A stretch of DNA of 54,992 nt. Origin: a bacterium (GTDB taxonomy: Bacteria; Hydrothermota; Tepidihabitantia; SM23-42). The position numbers and the translations under genes were made by a program. The notes under the pieces are model-generated. The model was given only the letters and a program-made list of their open reading frames with translations. It had not been told where the DNA came from and ran no database searches. Below, one piece after another: positions 8,895 to 17,049 of this stretch (its first letter is position 1; every line of letters begins with the position of its first letter). Location: NCBI GenBank assembly GCA_029933705.1, contig JAOZNQ010000001.1, forward strand, positions 1 through 54,992. Reading direction: 5' to 3'.

Positions 8895-10190
8895 TTGAGA
8901 CGAAAAATGATTTTTAAAAGAAAAGAGAATAATGTCAGCAAGTTGATTAAAGAGATCAACGAGCTGGAATTGAGGGGAAAGATAAAGGAAGCGGTGCAGA
9001 AGCTGGAAAAAGCTATTACCTTAAGTCCGAACGAAGGTAGTTTTTACAACCGTTTAGGAGACTTTCATATTAAACTCAATGATACGACCTCGGCTATCGA
9101 GGCATATAAAAAGGGCATAAGTGTTTTCCGCGAAAATGGCTATTACCGCAATGCCCTGGGCCTCTGTAAGAAAATTCTAAGGTATGCGCCGGGGAATATC
9201 GAAATATACTGGACTACCGCAGAGCTGTTGATTGAACTTGATGAGAAGACAGATGCGCTGATGTATCTATTCGAATATGCGGAGAAGCAACTGGTACAGA
9301 AGAATGAAAAAGAGGTCCTGCGCACAATCGATTATATCAAGAATATGGAGATCAGGAATGATAAAGTTGAGGCCAAGATAAATGAACTTTATAAGGCATT
9401 GGGAAGGAAAGAATTTATTAAAGAGACGGTAAGGCCACAACCTCCGGAGAAGAGGCCGAGCCGACCAGAGGCTGAGAAGGTCAGTAAAGTTGAGGTAAAA
9501 CCCGCAGCCAGAAAGCCGACTGTAGAATCTCTTGATTTTGAGAAAAGGTTAAAGGATGACCTTGCTCGATTGGACGAGGTAATAAAAGGGGTCGATTCAG
9601 CCATTGCTGAATTGAGAAAGGCCTTGCGTCTTGATGAAGTGATTGTTGCCCTTGATAAATCGTTGTCTTCACTTTCTGATGGACATAAGAAGGCAATCGG
9701 ACTTTTACAGAAGTCAATCAGTTTGAATCTTGATACACTTCAGAAGTCGATCCGCGAGCTGTCTCAGGGTTCGGAAAAGAATATTAAAGGACTGGAGGCG
9801 CTCTTAAATAGTCTGAGTAAATCGTTGACCAATATGGGGAAAAATCAGGCGGCCTTCAGTCAGGAGATACATAAAAACCTATTGAGGGTAGGTGACAGTT
9901 TTAATAAAACAACAGAGGTGGCCGTGAAAAAGGTTGAAGAGTTTTTGAAGGACTATCAGAGGATAAGTAGAGATATGTGTGAACGGCTTACTGAGACCAA
10001 AGACTGCAATGTCTCATTGGTCAAGGTCGTAGAAGGGATGAAGGTTGACCTCCAGGCAATGAATGATGCCCTGGTGAAGTTTGTAATGTCTCAGGAGTCG
10101 AAGGCAAAGACCCTGGGCCGTTTTGGATTAATCATAATAATTATTGGTGCCGTAATCTGTGGTATTCTACTGATCTCACTTTTTAAATAA
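8895..10190 (+). CDS. Tail-anchored membrane protein: N-terminal TPR repeats, Pro/Lys-rich linker, long segmented coiled coil, C-terminal TM helix
   Basis: 431 aa. TPR-like region (GSFYNRLGDFHIKLNDTTSAIEAYKKGISVF...). Linker RPQPPEKRPSRPEAEKVSKVEVKPAARKP. Heptad-rich middle section. C-terminal LGRFGLIIIIIGAVICGILLISLFK. The start may be ATG 8907 rather than TTG 8895. Confidence 0.5.
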   Translation: MRRKMIFKRKENNVSKLIKEINELELRGKIKEAVQKLEKAITLSPNEGSFYNRLGDFHIKLNDTTSAIEAYKKGISVFRENGYYRNALGLCKKILRYAPGNIEIYWTTAELLIELDEKTDALMYLFEYAEKQLVQKNEKEVLRTIDYIKNMEIRNDKVEAKINELYKALGRKEFIKETVRPQPPEKRPSRPEAEKVSKVEVKPAARKPTVESLDFEKRLKDDLARLDEVIKGVDSAIAELRKALRLDEVIVALDKSLSSLSDGHKKAIGLLQKSISLNLDTLQKSIRELSQGSEKNIKGLEALLNSLSKSLTNMGKNQAAFSQEIHKNLLRVGDSFNKTTEVAVKKVEEFLKDYQRISRDMCERLTETKDCNVSLVKVVEGMKVDLQAMNDALVKFVMSQESKAKTLGRFGLIIIIIGAVICGILLISLFK

Positions 10191-10221
10191 TTAATTTCAA
10201 ACTCGATATGAACAATTTCGG

Positions 10222-11338
10222 TTAGAGATTCGCCTTTGCTTCCTTACGCAGGTAGTTATATATAAAATCATCAATGTGGCCGTCCATCACTTTATCGATC
10301 TGGGTGGTTTCATAGTTGGTCCGATGATCCTTCACAAGTTTGTAAGGGTGGAAAATGTAGGAACGGATCTGATGGCCCCAGGCAATCTCGGTCTTCTTCT
10401 CATCCAGTTTCTTTATCTTTTCCTCTTCTATTTTTTTCTTGTAATAATCATAGAGTCGGGATCTTAAAACCTTCATCGCATTGACCTTATTCTGATACTG
10501 AGAACGTTCATTCTGGCATTGAACCGTAATTCCGGTAGGGAGATGTGTGATTCTGACTGCAGAGGAGACTTTATTTACATTCTGACCTCCATGACCTCCT
10601 GCACGGAATGTATCAATCTTTAAATCCTTCTCATCAATTTCGAAGTTTATTGCTTCAATTTCAGGATAGACAAATACTGAGGCGAATGAGGTGTGGCGTC
10701 GCGCATTGGAGTCGAACGGTGATATACGGACAAGACGATGGATTCCCACCTCGGCCTTTAACAGACCATAGGCGTAGTCACCAATCACTTCGATAGTCGC
10801 ATCCTTAATTCCCGCAATCTCGCCGGGCAGGAGATTGAGAATTCGATAGGAGAAATTTTTCAACTGTATCCATTTCAGATACATCCGAAAGAGTATCTCA
10901 GCCCAATCACAGGATTCTGTCCCGCCTGCCCCAGGATGGATTGTAAGAATGCAGTTTTTGATATCATCTTCCTGGCCCAGGAGTAATTTTAGCTCGAGGG
11001 AGTTAATCTGATTCTCAACGCGCTTTATCTCGGCGTGGGCTTCTTTCTTCAGTTTCGGGTCCAGCTCAGGCAAGGAGACTATCTCATCGAGGAGGTCAAT
11101 ATCCTGGGCGGTCTTGGTTATCGCATCGAACCAGGTCTGTTTCCGGTTTAACTCCTCCATTATCTTTTGAGCCTTAGCCCGATCATTCCAGAAATCGGTT
11201 GCGGTTGTTTTCTTCTGGAGTTTTTCTAAATCCTTTTTGAGCTCCTCAAGGTCAAAGATGCTCCTTTAATTTAGTGAACCTCTCCCTCAGTTTTTTCACC
11301 TTTTCAAGGGTGATATCTTCTACTGACGGCCTATTCAA
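10222..11338 (-). CDS. prfB: Peptide chain release factor 2, expressed through a programmed +1 ribosomal frameshift
   Basis: The track ORF 10222..11160 carries SPF (ISPFDS) and GGQ ([11 protein letters not shown]). Upstream, frame 0 runs from TTG 11338 for 26 codons ([28 protein letters not shown]) to CTT TGA at 11257-11252. Shifting +1 gives GAC CTT GAG..., which reads [41 protein letters not shown] and runs in frame into the track ORF. Confidence 0.9.
11251..11265 (-). promoter_or_regulatory. prfB +1 frameshift cassette: internal SD-like AGGAG, 3-nt spacer, CTT TGA C
   Basis: Minus strand reads AAAGGAGCATCTTTGACC. This is the same architecture as the E. coli prfB site (SD-like element, 3 nt, CUU UGA C). 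Confidence 0.85.
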
Positions 11339-11574
11339 TTTTTACTCCTCTTCTTTTTTGAACGTGTCGGAGTTCTCTTTTTTGAATAGCGCCTTATGAA
11401 CTTCTCAACCCTGCCTGCAGAATCGACAATTTTCTGACGGCCGGTAAAAAATGGATGGCACTTTGAACATAGATCAACTGAAATCTTCTCAACGGTTGAC
11501 CTTGTTTCAATCTTATTACCACAGGCACAGGTAATAACACAGTGCACATATTTAGGATGAATCTTTTTCTTCAT
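11335..11574 (-). CDS. rpmE: 50S ribosomal protein L31 (zinc-ribbon type) with a basic C-terminal tail
   Basis: [27 protein letters not shown]...[11 protein letters not shown] (CxC...CxxC). SD AAGGGGG lies upstream. Its stop overlaps the prfB TTG start (TTGA). Confidence 0.9.
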   Translation of the reverse strand: MKKKIHPKYVHCVITCACGNKIETRSTVEKISVDLCSKCHPFFTGRQKIVDSAGRVEKFIRRYSKKRTPTRSKKKRSKN

Positions 11575-11588
11575 CGTTTACCCCCTTA

Positions 11589-12842
11589 TTATTCACTGCT
11601 CATTGATTCGAGGAATTCTTTATTTGTCTTTGTCCGCCGCATCTTTTCGATAAGGAACTCCATCTGTTCAATGGTGTTCATTTCAGAAAGGAGTTTTCGC
11701 ATAATCCATAACCGATTGAGTTCAAACTCGGACAATAAAAGTTCCTCTTTTCTGGTCCCTGATTTGTAGAGGTCCAGGGCAGGGAAGATCCTTCGATCAG
11801 ATAGCCGGCGATCCAGAATTAGCTCAAGATTACCGGTTCCTTTAAATTCCTCAAATATCACCTCATCCATTCTCGAGCCGGTATCGATCAGGGCGGTGGC
11901 GATTATGGTGAGACTTCCACCTTCCTCGATATTACGCGCTGAACCGAAGAATTTTTTCGGCTTCTGAAGAGCGGTTGAATCGAGTCCACCAGAAAGGGTC
12001 TTGCCAGAATGGGGGACCACTGCATTGTGGGCCCGGGCAAGTCGGGTGAGGCTGTCCAGTAATATTACAACATCCTTTTTTGCCTCAACCATCCGCTTTG
12101 CCCTTTCCAGAATAATCTCAGCGACTTCGGTATGGCGGTCCGGAGTTTCATCAAAGGTTGAAGATACGACTTCGGCGTCCACTGAGCGTTCAAAATCGGT
12201 AACCTCTTCAGGTCGTTCATCAATTAACAGGACAATCAGATAGATTTCAGGATGGTTTGTGGTGATCGAGTTGGCTATCTTTTGAAGGAGAATTGTCTTT
12301 CCTGCCCGGGGTGGTGAGACAATAAGTCCACGCTGGCCTTTACCGATGGGTGTGAAGAGGTCGACAATCCGCATTGAAAGGTCATTCTTTTCTTCAATCT
12401 CAAGATGGATTCTTTCACGAGGATAGAGTGGTGTGAGGTTATCGAAGAGGACCCTTTCCCGAAACTCTGAGAGTGGAATGTCGTTAATCTTTTCAATCTT
12501 AATCATTGCAAAATAGCGTTCACCTTCCCGGGGTGGTCGTGCCAGGCCTTTAATATGGTCACCAACCTTCAGATTAAATTTCCGAATTTGAGAGATCGAG
12601 AGATAGATATCGTCCGGGCTCTGCAGGTAATTATAGTTGGGAGAACGTAGAAAGCCATAACCTTCAGAATGGACCTGCAAAACACCTTCCACTGGAACCA
12701 ATTCAGCCCTTTTTGTCTCGGCCTCAATGATTGCATGAATCAGGTCCTGTTTCTTCAAATCCGTGTAGTTGAAAAGACCCAATTCTTTAGCAATCGCATG
12801 AAGCTCAGAGACTTTTTTCTTTTTAAGTTCAGTTATTTCCAT
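11589..12842 (-). CDS. rho: Transcription termination factor Rho
   Basis: N-terminal Rho_N ([18 protein letters not shown]), a CSD-like RNA-binding domain, and Walker [13 protein letters not shown]. The track start is GTG 12848. ATG at 12842 ([10 protein letters not shown]) is more likely. Confidence 0.95.
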   Translation of the reverse strand: MEITELKKKKVSELHAIAKELGLFNYTDLKKQDLIHAIIEAETKRAELVPVEGVLQVHSEGYGFLRSPNYNYLQSPDDIYLSISQIRKFNLKVGDHIKGLARPPREGERYFAMIKIEKINDIPLSEFRERVLFDNLTPLYPRERIHLEIEEKNDLSMRIVDLFTPIGKGQRGLIVSPPRAGKTILLQKIANSITTNHPEIYLIVLLIDERPEEVTDFERSVDAEVVSSTFDETPDRHTEVAEIILERAKRMVEAKKDVVILLDSLTRLARAHNAVVPHSGKTLSGGLDSTALQKPKKFFGSARNIEEGGSLTIIATALIDTGSRMDEVIFEEFKGTGNLELILDRRLSDRRIFPALDLYKSGTRKEELLLSEFELNRLWIMRKLLSEMNTIEQMEFLIEKMRRTKTNKEFLESMSSE

Positions 12843-12967
12843 TTGCACCTACCATTTTTAAATTGCCATCCTTCCAATCCTTGTGGTTTAACACCAATAC
12901 TCAGGGGTACAATTTCCCCCTTCCCCATAGCAATCCGCTTCATCTGGAGAATATCTAAGGATAGAAA

Positions 12968-12995
12968 ATTATAATTAAAATTTATGATTTGTCAA
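12968..12995 (-). promoter_or_regulatory. Consensus sigma70 promoter for the rho-rpmE-prfB operon, followed by a leader of about 120 nt
   Basis: Minus strand reads TTGACA (12995-12990), a 16-nt spacer (aatcataaattttaat), then TATAAT (12973-12968). Confidence 0.7.
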
Positions 12996-13011
12996 TACCT
13001 AATTTATTGAT

Positions 13012-13929
13012 TCAGTCACTAATCACAGATTTGGTGAGGATGAAACGGATTGGGTCAACCGGCCGGTTGGCAATATGAACCTCATAATGGAGATGGGGGC
13101 CGGTAGATTTACCGGTATTGCCGACATAGGCGATGATATCACCTCTTTTTACCTTCATCCCGGGAATTACCTTGATTCGCTGACAATGGGCGAACAGGGT
13201 GCTGTATCCATAACCGTGGTCGAGCTCAACGGTGAGTCCAAAACCGCGTTTTGTACCGGTATATTTTACCACACCATCAGCAGGCGCAACGATTGGGGTT
13301 CCTATTGGTGCAGCGATATCAAGACCTTCATGCATCTTTACCTTGCCGGTAAAGGGGTCGATATGATAGCCGAAACCCCGGATCAACCATCCCTGGACCG
13401 GGATGATAGATGGTGTATGATTTTGCATATATCGTTTTTCCTCAAGGTAGTTGTAGAGTTCATTAAAGCTCTTCTGCTGAACCCTTGCCTGAGCAAGGAT
13501 ATTATCAAGGGTCTGGGAAATATCGGTGAGTTTATCCTTTATCCTGGGGGATATTTCTTTGTCATTGTAATGCGGGGTATAACCACCGACCCCTGCCTTT
13601 CTCAAATCTTCATTGATCGGTGTAAGAGGGGCATAGACCCTCAATTTCTTGTCGTAGAGTGCAAGGCTATCAATTATATTATTCAGGTTGGCTATCTCAT
13701 TTTCAATCCGCATCAACTCCTGGTGAACTATTTGATTCTCGGTCCTCAGTTTCCTCAGTCGATTCTGGTCGACTTCGTTGGTCGCAAAGAATACAACACT
13801 GTAGATAAAGAAACCTAAAATTCCCAGTATGAACATTCCTAACAGAAGAATAAAGATAAATTTTATGTGTAGATTTAAGGTCTTATTGCCCCGGCTGCTA
13901 ACAAGAATTATGTCCAATAAACTCTCCAA
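13012..13929 (-). CDS. M23-family peptidoglycan DD-metalloendopeptidase (TM anchor, coiled coil, LytM domain)
   Basis: HEGLDIAAPIGTPIVAPADG and GNTGKSTGPHLHYEV. The track start (13974) lies upstream of a strong promoter embedded in the ORF. The first in-frame start after it is TTG 13929; ATG 13836 (MFILGILGFF) is an alternative. Confidence 0.85.
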   Translation of the reverse strand: MESLLDIILVSSRGNKTLNLHIKFIFILLLGMFILGILGFFIYSVVFFATNEVDQNRLRKLRTENQIVHQELMRIENEIANLNNIIDSLALYDKKLRVYAPLTPINEDLRKAGVGGYTPHYNDKEISPRIKDKLTDISQTLDNILAQARVQQKSFNELYNYLEEKRYMQNHTPSIIPVQGWLIRGFGYHIDPFTGKVKMHEGLDIAAPIGTPIVAPADGVVKYTGTKRGFGLTVELDHGYGYSTLFAHCQRIKVIPGMKVKRGDIIAYVGNTGKSTGPHLHYEVHIANRPVDPIRFILTKSVISD

Positions 13930-13933
13930 CCAT

Positions 13934-13961
13934 ATTATATAGACAATTAAAAAAAAGTCAA
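13934..13961 (-). promoter_or_regulatory. Sigma70-type promoter for the M23 peptidase gene, inside the track-called N-terminal extension
   Basis: Minus strand reads TTGACT (13961-13956), a 16-nt spacer, TATAAT (13939-13934). The in-frame TTG at 13929 lies 4 nt downstream. Confidence 0.6.
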
Positions 13962-14014
13962 GGGTTTTCTGCATCCAGAACAGAGATTAATTTGAAGTAT
14001 CAAAAAATGGATTG

Positions 14015-14042
14015 TTGACAAGTTAATGATACTAAGTATAAT
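14015..14042 (+). promoter_or_regulatory. Consensus sigma70 promoter for the class II RNR gene, near-leaderless
   Basis: TTGACA (14015-14020), a 16-nt spacer, TATAAT (14037-14042), 9 nt, then GTG at 14052. The palindrome ATACTAAGTAT (14029-14039) overlaps the -10 box. Confidence 0.7.
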
Positions 14043-14051
14043 CTTATTGTT

Positions 14052-16088
14052 GTGAATAAGGTCATTAAACGAGATGGTTCCGAAGAGAATTTTGATCCGA
14101 ACCGAATTTATAATGCCATCAGAAAGGCCCTTAAGGCAAGTCAAGAGGACATCTCCCTTGCTGAAACAATCGGAAATGAGGTTATAGCAGAGTTAGAAAA
14201 GGAACCTGAATCATTCAAACCGCATGTTGAAGATATCCAGGACCTCATTGAGAAGACATTGGTGCGTCATGGTAAGTATGCAACCGCAAAGGCTTATATT
14301 ATTTATCGCCGGAATAGAACCGAACTCAGGGAGAAGAAGACCATCCTTGGAGTAAAGGATGATCTCAAGTTATCATTTAACAGCCTTAAGATACTTGAGG
14401 AACGTTATCTGAGGCGTGACCCTGCAGGAAGGGTGATTGAGTCTCCTGAGCAACTGTTCAAACGAGTAGCAAAGGCAATTGCAGAGGTCGACGCCAATTA
14501 TGGTGCCCGTCCTGAGGAGACTGAAGAGAAGTTCTACAACAGTATGGTCAATTTGGAATTTTTGCCCAATTCACCTACCTTGATGAATGCAGGGACCGAG
14601 ATAGGTCAATTATCAGCCTGTTTTGTTCTGCCGATTGAGGATTCATTGAAGAGCATATTTGATACCTTGAAAAACGCGGCATTGATTCATCAGTCCGGTG
14701 GTGGGACCGGTTTTTCATTCTCCCAGATTCGACCCCGGGGCGATGTTGTGAAGTCGACTATGGGTATCGCTTCTGGGCCTATATCATTTATGAGGATCTT
14801 CGACCGTGCCACTGAAATCATAAAGCAAGGGGGACGGAGACGCGGTGCGAATATGGGGGTTCTGCATGTGACCCATCCTGATATTGTAGATTTTATCCGG
14901 CTCAAAGAGAAGGAAACCGAATTTGTTAACTTCAATATCTCAGTGGCGGTTTCAGACAATTTCATTAAACGGGCGATCAATAATCAGGTATATGAACTCA
15001 TAAACCCTAGAAATAAGAAGGTGGTGAAGATGCTGAATGCCCGTGATGTCTTCGATTTGATAATCACCAATGCCTGGAAGACAGGAGATCCCGGGATGCT
15101 CTATCTTGATGAGATAAATCGCAGAAATCCCACACCCGGACTCGGCTCAATCGAGACAACAAATCCCTGCGGTGAGGTCCCTTTGCTTCCCTATGAATCC
15201 TGCAATCTCGGTTCAATAAATCTTGTTCAGATGTTCAACGCAGGCAAATTTGATTATAATAAACTGGCTCGTACGATTGAGGTGGGGGTTCATTTCCTGG
15301 ATAATGTCATTGATGCCAATCGATATATTATTAAAGAGATTGAAGATATCACCAGGGGCAATCGAAAGATCGGTCTGGGGATAATGGGGTTTGCCGATTG
15401 TTTGATTAAGATGAACATCCCTTATGATTCCCAGGAGGCGCTCGACTTTGCTGGAGAATTGATGAATTTTATTCAGAATAAGGCACGGGAAGCATCACAG
15501 GCCCTGGCAGAAAAGCGCGGTTCATTTCCCAATATTCAACATTCAATCTTTAAAGATAAAAAGATGCGGAATGCCACAGTGACATCCATCGCCCCCACGG
15601 GAACAATCAGCACCATCGCGAATGTCTCTTCCGGGATTGAACCGCTATTTTCGGTTGGATATCTGAGGAATGCATTGGATACGACCCTTTTGACGGTTAA
15701 TCCACTGTTTGAAGAGACCGCCCGGGAGCGGGGTTTCTATTCAGCGGAGATGATTGCTGAGGTTGTGCGCACCGGCTCGGTTCGACGGATACCCCAAATA
15801 CCCGATAATATCAAGCGCATATTTCCGGTTGCCCATGATATTCCACCTGAATTCCATATTAAGATGCAGGCGACATTCCAGCGTTATGTGGATAATGCAG
15901 TGAGTAAGACCATAAATCTTCCAGAGAATGCTACCCTGGAACAGACCCGGATGGTTTTTCTACTCGCCCACAAGCTCAAATGTAAAGGGGTTACCATATA
16001 TCGATACGGAAGTAAGAAGAGGCAGGCGTTAGAATTTGGAGAGATTAACAACTATAGGGTCTGTGGTGAAGGAATCTGTAATTTTTAA
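14052..16088 (+). CDS. nrdJ: Adenosylcobalamin-dependent (class II) ribonucleotide reductase with N-terminal ATP-cone
   Basis: 678 aa. ATP-cone VIKRDGSEENFDPNRIYNAIRKA. Active-site TNPCGEVPL. C-terminal Cys pair VCGEGIC. Monomeric class II length. Confidence 0.9.
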   Translation: MNKVIKRDGSEENFDPNRIYNAIRKALKASQEDISLAETIGNEVIAELEKEPESFKPHVEDIQDLIEKTLVRHGKYATAKAYIIYRRNRTELREKKTILGVKDDLKLSFNSLKILEERYLRRDPAGRVIESPEQLFKRVAKAIAEVDANYGARPEETEEKFYNSMVNLEFLPNSPTLMNAGTEIGQLSACFVLPIEDSLKSIFDTLKNAALIHQSGGGTGFSFSQIRPRGDVVKSTMGIASGPISFMRIFDRATEIIKQGGRRRGANMGVLHVTHPDIVDFIRLKEKETEFVNFNISVAVSDNFIKRAINNQVYELINPRNKKVVKMLNARDVFDLIITNAWKTGDPGMLYLDEINRRNPTPGLGSIETTNPCGEVPLLPYESCNLGSINLVQMFNAGKFDYNKLARTIEVGVHFLDNVIDANRYIIKEIEDITRGNRKIGLGIMGFADCLIKMNIPYDSQEALDFAGELMNFIQNKAREASQALAEKRGSFPNIQHSIFKDKKMRNATVTSIAPTGTISTIANVSSGIEPLFSVGYLRNALDTTLLTVNPLFEETARERGFYSAEMIAEVVRTGSVRRIPQIPDNIKRIFPVAHDIPPEFHIKMQATFQRYVDNAVSKTINLPENATLEQTRMVFLLAHKLKCKGVTIYRYGSKKRQALEFGEINNYRVCGEGICNF

Positions 16089-16100
16089 GGAGAATTGATA

Positions 16101-17021
16101 ATGGAATGGTTTAAGATTAGAAGGGTCAGCACCTTTACTCGAACTCCGTATGCAGGTAACCCGGCCTGGGTTATCGTCTGTCCAGAGGGTAAGGTTGAAG
16201 AGAATCGGATGCTCAGATTGACACAGGAACTGAACCCCATTTCAGACACAACATTTGTCTTCCCTGGAGACCAGAGTGCAGATTTATATCTCCGTTTCTT
16301 CAGTAAATCTGAGGAGATAAATTTTTCCGGACATGGCACAATCGCTGCCTACTTTGGAATTGCAGAAGACAATCTGATTAAACTTAATGAACCCATTACT
16401 TTAGTCCGTCAACACACCAAATCCGGAGTTCAACATTTAGAATTGAGGGTTAAAGAGAACCGGGTGGAGAGGGTAACCGTTTCGATCCCGATACCCCAGT
16501 TTTTGAGTATGGCCATAGACATAAAATCGATATCGAAGATTCTCGGTGTCTCACCGATCGATATTCAAGGGACAAATTATCCAGTGGCAACGGTGAGCTC
16601 GGGCATTACCGACCTTATTATACCGGTAAAGAGCCTGGAACAGTTGATGGACATTCAACCCAATTTCCAATTGATGGCAAACTATTGTAATCGGTTACTT
16701 ATCAGCGGCATTGTTGTCTATTCGATGAAGACATTTGATGAAAATAATACCGTCCATATGAGACACTTTGCACCGACTGTGGGGATAAAAGAAGACCCGG
16801 TAAGTGGTGCATCGAGTGCTTCCCTGGGTTGCTACTTATTGAAGAATCGTATTATTCCACAAGAAGAGATGTCACGGATTCTTGTTGAACAGGGCCATTC
16901 AATGAATATGCCAGGGATTGTATATGTTCACATAAATATAATCAAGAATCAAGTTCTAAAAGTATCCTTTGGTGGTCAGGGTGTTGTTACATTTGAGGGC
17001 TCCATTATGTGCCCAGAATAG
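16101..17021 (+). CDS. PhzF-family isomerase-like protein
   Basis: FTRTPYAGNPAWVI, SGHGTIAA and EDPVSGASSASLGCYL. SD AAGGAG (16087-16092) precedes ATG 16101; the track start TTG 16095 is less likely. Confidence 0.8.
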   Translation: MEWFKIRRVSTFTRTPYAGNPAWVIVCPEGKVEENRMLRLTQELNPISDTTFVFPGDQSADLYLRFFSKSEEINFSGHGTIAAYFGIAEDNLIKLNEPITLVRQHTKSGVQHLELRVKENRVERVTVSIPIPQFLSMAIDIKSISKILGVSPIDIQGTNYPVATVSSGITDLIIPVKSLEQLMDIQPNFQLMANYCNRLLISGIVVYSMKTFDENNTVHMRHFAPTVGIKEDPVSGASSASLGCYLLKNRIIPQEEMSRILVEQGHSMNMPGIVYVHINIIKNQVLKVSFGGQGVVTFEGSIMCPE

Positions 17022-17049
17022 GTTGTAAACTCTTTTCGAAATACCTCTA

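Noticed and set aside
10222-11160. prfB as an N-terminally truncated pseudogene
   Set aside because: The missing N-terminus is recovered through the canonical CTT TGA C +1 frameshift site, which has an upstream SD-like element.
13075-13818. 247-aa plus-strand ORF
   Set aside because: It lies entirely antisense to the M23 peptidase gene, which has unambiguous catalytic motifs. It has no recognisable motif, SD or promoter, so it is a shadow ORF.
13975-14051. Cobalamin riboswitch or NrdR box upstream of the B12-dependent RNR
   Set aside because: Only 9 nt separate the -10 box from the start codon, so there is no room for a riboswitch. I could not recognise an NrdR-box-like 16-mer; only the short palindrome is reported as a finding.
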